From: an uncultured Clostridia bacterium
GTDB lineage: Bacteria; Bacillota; Clostridia; Christensenellales; Borkfalkiaceae
Direction of reading: 5' to 3'
Assembly: GCA_947624215.1 (NCBI GenBank)
Contig: CANQJJ010000006.1
Span: 3,754 to 67,753, forward strand
DNA length: 64,000 nucleotides
The notes beneath the pieces are model-generated. The model had not been told where the DNA came from. It saw nothing but the letters and a program-made list of their open reading frames with translations, and ran no database searches. Both the position numbers and the translations under genes were made by a program. Below are positions 7,001 through 14,962 of the stretch, one piece after another. Within the stretch, counting starts at the first letter, position 1. Each line of letters starts with the position of its first letter.

Positions 7001-9102
7001 TCTTTGTCGTTGACGACGGTGATGAGGGTGGAGAGGATGCTGCCGCCCTCCAAGTAGCGGTATTCGGTGTAGCTCAGGGGCTCTTCGTCGAAATAATAGT
7101 GATAGACTCTTTGGGACTCCCCGTCTTCGCCGATGACCGTCTCCGTCTCGGTGCGTGCCAAAAAGAGGCGGCTCTCTATCGTTGTCCGGGTCGCGTCGGA
7201 AACCTGATAGAAGAATTGGACGAGCGTGCCGAACATGGAGGAATAGAGGGTGTAGGTGCCCTCCGTGGCCGCACCGTTTGCATCCGTGTAGGTCGCTTGG
7301 TACATGCCGTCGAGCTTCAGCTTCTCTGCCCCGTTCTCATAGGTGACGTCGTAGGAGGAGGAATAGAGAAGGTAAGCGCGGCTGCCCTGAATGGTCGTCA
7401 GGCGCGCCTCGAACTGCGCAACGCCCATGGAATTCATCACGGTGATGACGTCGTCTTCGCGCAGGTAGTAGTAGGATTGGTTCCCGCTCGGGGCAGCATA
7501 GACGGCATTGCCGAAGCCGTTGAGCGTGAGGGAATAGGCGGAGGTATAGTAGGTCAGCGTTCCCTCGCTCCTGCTGCCTTCCGTCGTGTTGACGGTGCCG
7601 CGGGGGATGGCGCCCCAGCCGAATTCCTCTTCGTCGCGGACCATGAAGATCGCGCCGTTCCTGCCGCCGCTGCTGAGGGCGTAGACAAAGCTCTGCCCTT
7701 GGAGCGGGCCCTCCGTGTAGGTGACGTTGTAGAGCCCGTCCTCTCCGATCGTGTAGCTCCCCTTGGATTCCTTATCGAGGGTGCCATCGGTGTCGATATA
7801 GGTGATCCCGTTGTAGCCGTCGAGCTTGATTCTGTAACGATTGTCCCGCCCCACGCCGTTTTTGAAATAGTAATAGGTGAAGCCGGCGCGGTCTTCATCG
7901 AGATAGGAGAAGGTGCCGTCTGCGTTGAGTTTCCCCTGAAGGATGATCGTCTCGTTGTCGCCGCTGCCGGTGATGAATCGGAAGATCTCCGTGCGGGTAC
8001 TGTATGTGCCCGCGAACATGACGCCGCCGCGCAGGAGGTAGATCTCCTCTGCGTCCTCAGCGAAATGGAAGATGTAATCGTCGCCGCCGAACATGTCGGA
8101 ATACCCCTTCTCCCACACCGCATAGAGCACGCCGTGCGCCTCTGTCTTGTAGGGATCGGAGCCGACCGTTGCGTTGCGGAGAACAGAATCCATATACGCG
8201 GAACGGTATTTCACTTCGCCCGTGCTATCGGGGCTCCATCCGACGAGGCAATACCCCTCGGCCGTAAACGGAACGGGGAGCTCGAACTCCGCCCCGTAGA
8301 GATTGCCCGTCACCACCCTCTCGGCCTCCAGCCCCGCTTCGGCGGGATAGTTGGACTCCAAGACGAGGGTGAACTCCTGCCTGTTCATGTAGAGGGTGAA
8401 TTTGTTTTCGGAGGCGTTTTCGGAGAGCACCTTGGAAGAGACGGAGCCCTCGTGCGGCGCCACCGAAAAGCCCTGCACTTCGGGCGCGGGCGCAAACTCC
8501 GCACCTGCGTATTCATAGCCGACATAGTCGTTTTCCGCCCGCTCGTATTCGCTGCCGTTTTCCAGCTTCTGCAAATACAGTTCGACGGTGTAGGCGACCT
8601 TATAGTGCGCCGTCAGCGTGATCCCGTCCTTTGTCAGGACGTAGCCCGCGGAGAGAGGGGTCCCGCCGACGAGCCATTCCCCGAACTCGTGGTCTTGCAG
8701 GGTGGGAACGTAGTCCTTCATGAAGGCGGAGACGTTGGTCCCCTCTTTTACATACAGCGTCGTGGTGCCGCCCAAAGAGCCGCCGCTAAGTTCCAGCGTG
8801 ATCGCATACATCTGCTCCCACTTGGCGTAGTACGTCGTATTCTTCTCCGCAGTGACGGCCGTCACGGGGGATCCCGTATAGGCGGAGTCCGCGTACCAGC
8901 CCTCGAAGCTGTGTCCCTCCCATACGGGGGTGGGCAGTGTATACGCCTCTCCCGCGTTGAGTTCCACGCTCTCGACGGCGGGTCCGCCGGCCGTATCGAA
9001 ACTCAGTTTGATCTTGTTCGAACCACAGGCCGCAAACAGCATGCATACGGCCGCCACGAGCATGACCAAGCCCAAAAGTAACCCTTTCCTTGTCCTTTTC
9101 AT
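4084..9102 (-). CDS. Giant surface lipoprotein (1672 aa): N-terminal B-repeat (Listeria/Bacteroides repeat) modules followed by about 1300 aa of uncharacterised Tyr/Thr/Gly-rich beta-type sequence
   Basis: The ATG at 9102 has AAGGAG 6 nt upstream (the ORF track started at a TTG at 9117). Signal peptide MKRTRKGLLLGLVMLVAAVCMLFAAC with a probable lipobox. B-repeat signatures: FEGWYADSAYTGSPV, FGEWLVGG, LVGWSPDSTG. Confidence 0.85.
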   Translation of the reverse strand: MKRTRKGLLLGLVMLVAAVCMLFAACGSNKIKLSFDTAGGPAVESVELNAGEAYTLPTPVWEGHSFEGWYADSAYTGSPVTAVTAEKNTTYYAKWEQMYAITLELSGGSLGGTTTLYVKEGTNVSAFMKDYVPTLQDHEFGEWLVGGTPLSAGYVLTKDGITLTAHYKVAYTVELYLQKLENGSEYERAENDYVGYEYAGAEFAPAPEVQGFSVAPHEGSVSSKVLSENASENKFTLYMNRQEFTLVLESNYPAEAGLEAERVVTGNLYGAEFELPVPFTAEGYCLVGWSPDSTGEVKYRSAYMDSVLRNATVGSDPYKTEAHGVLYAVWEKGYSDMFGGDDYIFHFAEDAEEIYLLRGGVMFAGTYSTRTEIFRFITGSGDNETIILQGKLNADGTFSYLDEDRAGFTYYYFKNGVGRDNRYRIKLDGYNGITYIDTDGTLDKESKGSYTIGEDGLYNVTYTEGPLQGQSFVYALSSGGRNGAIFMVRDEEEFGWGAIPRGTVNTTEGSRSEGTLTYYTSAYSLTLNGFGNAVYAAPSGNQSYYYLREDDVITVMNSMGVAQFEARLTTIQGSRAYLLYSSSYDVTYENGAEKLKLDGMYQATYTDANGAATEGTYTLYSSMFGTLVQFFYQVSDATRTTIESRLFLARTETETVIGEDGESQRVYHYYFDEEPLSYTEYRYLEGGSILSTLITVVNDKEEGKATVYGYSATGYVPVLYGNVTEGTEEGLYVFTVTDVNEDAVLVSQPFDVASVKAFVFSTDLVISSSGSAYSVVYWYSMTTEAGTDKYDVRYTAADGSTLVTVRGFGVYTPADGEPITGVLTTSNGITSLYNAVAQEAYYFELHDDETTPTFTLLTGFVGSLNVLLANGNVSSNERLTFNGKGGAVYAVTTTGDEGSTTVEHEGTYTDTGKPTEFGLTVYQFTATDGTSFRFAIVSADGSTAYFAKFNEETNGTYTSDAGTLILDGFSFLASYTDAAGTALSGIYAVSGENVIQMIASDNRLYYFDLKSGNSFTVRDEVYGSYFYVNNRSIGELAFHFDGYGHLSGMSSSEDVTLFENGTYEKLEDGNYRLTYTLDGQPHSLVGWVGTITISSTEYNAFYALYDEIVMSYVNEEDWSVLVLDNRGNATKYNEDGTIETGNYTLVTDTMLYYVNSAGSDACIYLYDRQKRTANPIKFTERAYYTEDFAALLFTSYGFMIMDGETRYYYNVDEDGDVLLYLRDDDDPAANKYGFVEKDFFGRFTDEKEIEGKKYYRSSSMKLLFTRKEESKAKYPVPTTDNQMLSLGQLEFSPTGSAEFTDSDASIWLGEQKVDCTVSRVLLEDGTYQMYVGIQNFVFEIDVTFRGDYEDEASEYEVTAMRTERTFYSYTYLYYLLNYLMQGYVIPNTFGVITLVTEFDDTGTAGTPQATGVFGLDSGFVDSKGELISFENVGYTTEGGVYSVSCTGSDGFTYNLHFSPDNTFYSYLGLFGYRVDAFTRTETLEADGYTVTAERVLSTERINLSAGGYWTFALSKDGQEIAYDEVYIYNGTVYYFERTREEETDKILTTKLYSIVFAQRTPEDADDTVGELEPFVSVTVTLRELKVAYTQDGQGYVEYDDKGIVLYYNGSGTYLFEEKDCQYDAATGAYTLTAGSRVFTVTIDSETNVATVIESAAPSQSESGDGEETEQAD

Positions 9103-9144
9103 TGCTATCTCCTTCAAAAATCCAAGATGATTTGCAGATCCTTT

Positions 9145-12141
9145 TTATGCCGCGGTCTCCCCGCTCTCCTGTTGCAGCCTCTCTTCGAGCCATTCGAGGA
9201 ACTCTTCGAACCACACGTCCGCGTCCTCCTCGGGGGCCTCTTCCCAGACGGAATAGACGGTCGTCCCGCCCGCGAGACCTTCGAGCTCTGCGGCGCTGTA
9301 TACGACCTCCGAACCGCTCTCCGCCGCCCAGCCGGCAAAGACGTAGCCCTCTCTGCCCGGGCCCGAATAGCCGAGACGCGCATGGGGATGGGTGATCTCC
9401 CCCACCGTGACGGCCTGCACATACGAGCCGTCGTCCGAAAGCGTGACGCCCCAGACGGTGGGCCGCTGGGAGGGATTCCACAGCGCGCTCCAATTTGCCC
9501 CCTCTCCCTCCTCCGTGCTGTAAATGGTCAGACGCGGGCAGGCATAGAAGGCGTTTTCGTCGATAATTTCGGGCGAGCCCTTGAGGAGCACGCTCGTCAG
9601 CTCCGTGCAGCCCTTGAACGCGTACAACCCGATGGAGCGGACGCTCGCGGGGATCGTGACGTGAGGGAGTTTGACATTGCCGTAGAAGGCGTAGTGGCCG
9701 ATCGTCTCCACCCCCTCCTCTATGTTGAGCGATTTGAGCCGCTTGCAATTGTAGAAGGCGTAATTTCCGATCGCGGTGACGGTCGCGGGGACGGTCAGCG
9801 TGCGGAGCCACTCGCAGCCCGCGAATGCGTAATCGCTGATCTCTCTCAACCCCGCCCCGAAGGTGATGCTTGTCAGGGAGGAGCAGTTGGAAAAGGCGCG
9901 CTTGCCGATCGAGGTGACGGTATCGGGCAAAACGAGCTCGTTCATGAGCCAGCAGTCGTAGAAGGCATATTCGCCGACGCTTTCCAGCCTCTCCCCCAGC
10001 TCCGCTTCGCGGAGGGAGGAACAGCCGCGGAAGGCATGGTCTCCGATGGAGGAGACCTGCGTCTCCAAAAGGTCGATGCCGTGGAGCTGTTCGCAGCGGT
10101 AGAAGGCGCCGTAGCCGATGGACTGCAACAGGGCGGGGAAGGTCACGGAATAGATGGATCGGCACATATAGAATGTGTAATCCTCGATGACCCTGAGGTT
10201 CCTGTTCAGCGTGACGTTGGAGAGGTCGGAGCAGTAGGCGAACGCGCCCTTGCCGATCCTCGTGACGCCGTTGAGCCCCGTGATGTTTTGCAGCGTCGTG
10301 TCCGCATAGAACGCATAATCGCAGATGCCGGCGGTGCCCTCTCTCAGCTCGACGATGCTCTGCACCTGTTCGCCCTCGGCAACGGGGTCGATGTGATACC
10401 CGACGACCCAATTGCCCGCATAGACGATGCCGTCTGCCGTGGTATCTTCGCTGTTCCAGAGCGCCGTGCCGTAGAAGGCGTTCTCACCCACCCGCGTGAC
10501 GCTGTCGGGGATGATGAGCTCGGGATTGTTGGGGTTGTAATCGAGCAAAGTACAGCGGAAGAACGCACGCGTTCCGATCTCTTTGAGCCCCTCCGTGAAC
10601 TGCACGTTGTTGAGACCCTCGCAGAGCGCAAAGGCATAGGCCCCGATGCTCACAAGGTTTTCGTCCTCGGTCGCGATCAATCTCGCCAAGACGGGTGCGT
10701 GGTAGAATGCCGCCATGCCCACATATCTCAATGAGGAAGGGAAGCGGATCCGCTTCAGCTTCTCGCAGCTGATATACTCCGTGACGGTGTGCATCTCGGG
10801 ATTTCCGTCCTCATCGAGCACGGTGTTGCCCTCTTCGTCTACGGTCTCCTCCTCGAACGTGTGCGTGTAGCGGAACGCGGTATCTGCGATGCCCACCGTT
10901 CCCGTGCGGAAGGTGCCCTCGTCGATGACCTCGACGGTGGTCTTATACTCCTGCGTCGCGTCGACGATCCAATGATCGGCATAGACCAAGCCGTCGCCTT
11001 TCTCCATCTGTTCGGTATACAGTTTGGCGCCGTAGAAGGCATACGGCTCGACCTGCGCCACGCTCGCGGGGATGGAGATCTCGTCTAAGGCGGTATCCAA
11101 TGCAAAGCAATATTGGCTGATGGCCGTGACGCCCTCTGGGAGCACGACGTTGTTGAGTGCGGGGTCCTGCGCGAAGGTGTAGGTGCCGAATGTCAGCTCT
11201 CCGTCGAGTTCGGAAAAGACGAGCTCTTCGAGGACGGCGCAGTTATTGAAGGCCGTGGAGCCGATGGAGCGGATGCCGCTGCCGAAGGTCACTTTGGCGA
11301 GGGCGCCCATCTGGCGGAAGGCACTGCCACCGATCGTCTCGAGGGAATCGGGGAAAGTGAGTTCGGTAAACGAGGAGCAGTTGGTGAATGCGGATTCCCC
11401 GATGCTCACGATGTTTTCGCCGAACTCTATCTCTTCGAGCGCCCTGCAATAGGCAAAGGTGAAGGGCTCGACGGAAGTGAGCGCGGCGGGGAGATGGATC
11501 GCGGCAAGGTTGCTGCACTGCTGGAAGGCCGCCTTGCCGATGGATGTGACGCTCTCGGGGACCTGCACGGAGACAAGGCCCGAGCAATTATAGAATGCGC
11601 TCGCCCCGATGGACGTGACGGTATCGGGGATGACGACGCTTGTGACTTTGGTACTGCCGCGGAAGGCGGTGGCGCCGATGGAGGTGACGGGCTTGCCGCG
11701 GTATTCCCCGTCTATCACGACTTCCCCGCTCGCCGAGCCCACGTTTCTGACTTCATACTCCGTATTCCCGTTGATGAGCGTATAGAGGAGCCCCGAATCG
11801 TGGTCCCTGTGGAAGGCCAGCCTCTCCGACCAATCGGAGAAGATGTCGTTGCTTGCCCCGCCGACGGAGCGGAGCCTGAGCTCGTAGTCCCCCTCCGCGA
11901 GGTGCGAGAGGTCGTAGGAAGTCCTCTGCACGGTGTTCTCCGTCTTGCTGCCGTCTGCGGCGGACGAGATCTCGAGGCGGTAGCTGCGCGCGTTGGGCAC
12001 GGCCGCCCACGAGAGCACGAGCTCGTCGTTGTCGAGCACGGCTACGGGCGTATCCAGCTTGGCGGTGCTGCAATTCGTCGCGAGCACGAGGACAAGAGCG
12101 GCGAGGAACATGCAACAAAGCGATCTCATGAACTTTTTCAT
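9145..12141 (-). CDS. Secreted BspA-type leucine-rich-repeat protein (998 aa) with an N-terminal Fn3-like module and a C-terminal B-repeat
   Basis: Signal peptide MKKFMRSLCCMFLAALVLVLATNCS. Fn3-like segment LVLSWAAVPNARSYRLEIS. Long array of '..TSIG..AF..C..L..' 23-25-aa LRRs. C-terminal GYVFAGWAAESGSEVVY. The start overlaps the upstream stop by 4 nt. Confidence 0.85.
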   Translation of the reverse strand: MKKFMRSLCCMFLAALVLVLATNCSTAKLDTPVAVLDNDELVLSWAAVPNARSYRLEISSAADGSKTENTVQRTSYDLSHLAEGDYELRLRSVGGASNDIFSDWSERLAFHRDHDSGLLYTLINGNTEYEVRNVGSASGEVVIDGEYRGKPVTSIGATAFRGSTKVTSVVIPDTVTSIGASAFYNCSGLVSVQVPESVTSIGKAAFQQCSNLAAIHLPAALTSVEPFTFAYCRALEEIEFGENIVSIGESAFTNCSSFTELTFPDSLETIGGSAFRQMGALAKVTFGSGIRSIGSTAFNNCAVLEELVFSELDGELTFGTYTFAQDPALNNVVLPEGVTAISQYCFALDTALDEISIPASVAQVEPYAFYGAKLYTEQMEKGDGLVYADHWIVDATQEYKTTVEVIDEGTFRTGTVGIADTAFRYTHTFEEETVDEEGNTVLDEDGNPEMHTVTEYISCEKLKRIRFPSSLRYVGMAAFYHAPVLARLIATEDENLVSIGAYAFALCEGLNNVQFTEGLKEIGTRAFFRCTLLDYNPNNPELIIPDSVTRVGENAFYGTALWNSEDTTADGIVYAGNWVVGYHIDPVAEGEQVQSIVELREGTAGICDYAFYADTTLQNITGLNGVTRIGKGAFAYCSDLSNVTLNRNLRVIEDYTFYMCRSIYSVTFPALLQSIGYGAFYRCEQLHGIDLLETQVSSIGDHAFRGCSSLREAELGERLESVGEYAFYDCWLMNELVLPDTVTSIGKRAFSNCSSLTSITFGAGLREISDYAFAGCEWLRTLTVPATVTAIGNYAFYNCKRLKSLNIEEGVETIGHYAFYGNVKLPHVTIPASVRSIGLYAFKGCTELTSVLLKGSPEIIDENAFYACPRLTIYSTEEGEGANWSALWNPSQRPTVWGVTLSDDGSYVQAVTVGEITHPHARLGYSGPGREGYVFAGWAAESGSEVVYSAAELEGLAGGTTVYSVWEEAPEEDADVWFEEFLEWLEERLQQESGETAA

Positions 12142-14951
12142 CCTTTCCCGCCCCCATTTTTTTCTCTGTGCTCACGAACGATCTCGTGGAGCCATTTGAA
12201 TTTGAACTTACGGACCGCAACGTCCATCAGGAAGAGCACGGCCACGGCGATCGCGAGCCACATGGTGGGATCGACCACGCGGTCGTTCCCGATGACGAAG
12301 TCCTTGAAGACGCTCCAAGGGTCGTCGGAGGCGACGGCGGCGCCGTTCCCCTTCACGGCGAGTTCTGCCATGAGCGCCTCGGGATCGGCCTCGGGATCCA
12401 TGAGCATCTCATATTCCTTGGAATAGGAGAAGGACTTATACGTCTCGGCCGTTGCGAGGATGTTTCCGTCCTTGTCCACCTTGTCGAGCACGATCTTGTA
12501 GGTCCCGCTCTTTTTGACGACGAAAGTCGTCCGTGTGTAGTGGTTGTCCGCATTCAGCTCGGCCGTGACGTAGAGGTCTCCGCTCCCGTTCTCGTTTCTC
12601 TCGTTCAGGGAGGTGGCGACTTCGCCGTCCTCGGTGTATTCGATGAGCTTGCCCACGATGGATTCCCCCTCGCCGAGGGTGGTATACACGCTCAGATGGT
12701 TGAAATAATTCTCCTCTTCGAGCTCCATGCGGATGGGATTGGGGCGGATGTTGGACGTCGGCATGAGGTTGGAGACGATGTTGAAGAGCAGTTTCTGCCC
12801 GTTTTTATCCTTGAGGAAATCTGCCGACCAGTGGCCGCTCAGATCGCACATGAAACTGCCGACCATGCCCTCGCCGAACTTCCACTGTGCGTAGATGGGA
12901 ACGTTGTAATCCCCGATGAGGATGGTCTCCGCGCGCTCCCTTGCCCGCACGCCGTAGAAGCCGCCGAGCGTCGTATCGAGCGCACGCGCCGTCTCCTTGA
13001 TGACATCGCCGCTGTCGTTCGTATCCTGCACGAGCCCGTATTTGACGTCGTTGACGACCTGCGAGAGTTCGTTTGCGACAGCGGGATGGAAGGGCTCCTC
13101 CGAAAGTTCCTTGATTGCAGGGGCCTTCAAGTCGTTGGAGATCGCCGAGAGGAGGTCATATTCGCTGCTGGCGAAGAAGAGTTCTCCGTCTCCTTCCGTC
13201 ACGATCTGCTTCATGACGTCTGCGGAATCCGAGCCCTCCGTCATGTCGATGCCGATGGCCGAGAAGGTGATCCCGTTGTTGCGGTAATACCGCCTGACCT
13301 CGGGGAGATACTCCTCGGGCTGATCCCCGGGGAGACCGTCCGTAATGAGGATGACGTGCCGCCTGTCGATGCGTTTTTCCGCAACGAGCGCCTGCCCCGC
13401 ACGCGTGATGGCGGGCCTATACATGGTCCCGCCGCCGACCGAGAGCCTGTCGATGGTCTCCTTGATGGTCGTCTCCTCCATGCGGGAGGTGAGCTGCAAT
13501 TCGGTGTGGTAGCTCGTCTCCAATGTGACGATGCCCATGTAGTCGCGCTCGGTGAGGGCTTGCAGGCAGATGTTCGCGCCGTTCTTGGCCCAATCCAGCT
13601 TATCGCCCGCCATACTGCCCGAGATATCCACGACGATGACGACGCCGACGGGGGGCGTGTAGTCGATGGCCTGCACGGGCATCATCTGTTGGAACAAGGA
13701 ATTTTTGAGGTCGAAGCGGTTGTAGGCGTGCGCATTGCCGTCCGCATCGTTGCCGCCGACGGTGAACAGGCCGCCGCCGTATTCATAGACATAGGAATAA
13801 AGCAGCTTATCCAGCCCGTACGGCGTCAGATCGGCGTTTGCGATATTATTGAGGATGATCTGGTCGTATGCGAGGAGCTCATCCACGGTGGAGGGCACAT
13901 GCTCGGCGGAGGCGAGGTGCAGCTCTTCCGTATCGTAATCTGCCCCCTCCTGCTTCAAGAGTTCGGAGAGCGCGTCCGATTCGCCGTCGTTTTTCCCTTG
14001 GTCGATGATGAGCACATGGTCGTAGACTTCGAGGTAGAGATAGGAATAGTAGGTATTGTTCTCCTCGAGCTTGTCGCCGCTCTCCGTGACCTTCACGCGG
14101 ATCTCGTGGAGCCCCTCCGTCTCAAAGGTCTTGTTGAAAGTGACGACCTGCGTCCCCGTCGAGATGTCCACCGTCCGCACGCCGTTCTCGCTGTCGAAAT
14201 CGCCGTTGTCGTAGAGCTCGATCACGGTGGAACGGGCGCCGTTTTTGGAGATGACGTCGACGCCGATGGTGCACTCTTCGTTGACGTTCACATGGTAGGT
14301 GGGAAACTCCACCCCCACGACCTGCACGTTGTCGGTGCTGTAATCGGAGGAGATGTAGACGGTGTCTACCTTGGTCCCCTGCGCCGAGATGGAGCGGATG
14401 ACCGTCGTCGCCGTCTCGTCTGTCTCCTTGCCGTCAGATATGAGCACGATCTTGGCCGTTTCGCGGTGTTCGAGCAGGCCGCTCGCATACCGCAGGGCCG
14501 CGGCGATGTCCGTCCCGCTCGTGTCGGGGAGCGGGGCGTTTTGGTAGCGCTCGAAGATGCTCTCCGTGTCAAAGGTCAGGGGCACCGCATATTCCTGCGT
14601 GAAGCCGAAGGTGACGACGCCCACCTTGAAATTGTCGTATTTGCTTTCGCTGATGACCGTCTGCATGAACTCTTCGCGCGCGCCCCGCGATTCCTCGGCC
14701 GTATCCGAAACATCCACGAGGAGCAGGATCTCGTTCTCCACGTTGGGGACGCGGTATTCAAACTTGAGGCCCGAGAGGATGCCGATGCTGAACACCATGA
14801 TGAGCATGTGAAGGACCATGGAGGTGATGCGGTTGCGCGTGTTGCGGAACTTCTTGGGGCGCAAAAAGTATGTCAAAACGGTCAGTGCGGCTGCCGGGAT
14901 CAAGAGAAGCAACAGCCACGGTCTGGCAAATGTTATGGTAAGATCCGTCAT
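12138..14951 (-). CDS. BatA-like membrane protein with two von Willebrand factor A domains (937 aa)
   Basis: N-terminal 'TITFARPWLLLLLIP' aerotolerance-regulator-type TM segment. VWA/MIDAS motifs LLLVDVSDT and VVIVVDISGSMAGDK. A central GATase-like (DUF1355-type) segment. A C-terminal TM segment. Confidence 0.85.
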   Translation of the reverse strand: MTDLTITFARPWLLLLLIPAAALTVLTYFLRPKKFRNTRNRITSMVLHMLIMVFSIGILSGLKFEYRVPNVENEILLLVDVSDTAEESRGAREEFMQTVISESKYDNFKVGVVTFGFTQEYAVPLTFDTESIFERYQNAPLPDTSGTDIAAALRYASGLLEHRETAKIVLISDGKETDETATTVIRSISAQGTKVDTVYISSDYSTDNVQVVGVEFPTYHVNVNEECTIGVDVISKNGARSTVIELYDNGDFDSENGVRTVDISTGTQVVTFNKTFETEGLHEIRVKVTESGDKLEENNTYYSYLYLEVYDHVLIIDQGKNDGESDALSELLKQEGADYDTEELHLASAEHVPSTVDELLAYDQIILNNIANADLTPYGLDKLLYSYVYEYGGGLFTVGGNDADGNAHAYNRFDLKNSLFQQMMPVQAIDYTPPVGVVIVVDISGSMAGDKLDWAKNGANICLQALTERDYMGIVTLETSYHTELQLTSRMEETTIKETIDRLSVGGGTMYRPAITRAGQALVAEKRIDRRHVILITDGLPGDQPEEYLPEVRRYYRNNGITFSAIGIDMTEGSDSADVMKQIVTEGDGELFFASSEYDLLSAISNDLKAPAIKELSEEPFHPAVANELSQVVNDVKYGLVQDTNDSGDVIKETARALDTTLGGFYGVRARERAETILIGDYNVPIYAQWKFGEGMVGSFMCDLSGHWSADFLKDKNGQKLLFNIVSNLMPTSNIRPNPIRMELEEENYFNHLSVYTTLGEGESIVGKLIEYTEDGEVATSLNERNENGSGDLYVTAELNADNHYTRTTFVVKKSGTYKIVLDKVDKDGNILATAETYKSFSYSKEYEMLMDPEADPEALMAELAVKGNGAAVASDDPWSVFKDFVIGNDRVVDPTMWLAIAVAVLFLMDVAVRKFKFKWLHEIVREHREKNGGGKG

Positions 14952-14962
14952 GATGCCCCTCC

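Noticed and set aside
4735-9081. Long plus-strand ORFs (4735..6636, 633 aa; 6859..9081, 740 aa) antisense to the 1672-aa lipoprotein gene
   Set aside because: They are wholly contained in a strongly supported minus-strand gene. Their translations are Arg/Gly/Val/Asp/Glu-rich low-information sequence typical of antisense frames in high-GC DNA, with no motifs, RBS or promoter.
8786-10411. 541-aa minus-strand ORF in an alternative frame of the 998-aa LRR gene
   Set aside because: An extremely Arg/His/Gly-rich off-frame translation. It bridges two real genes.
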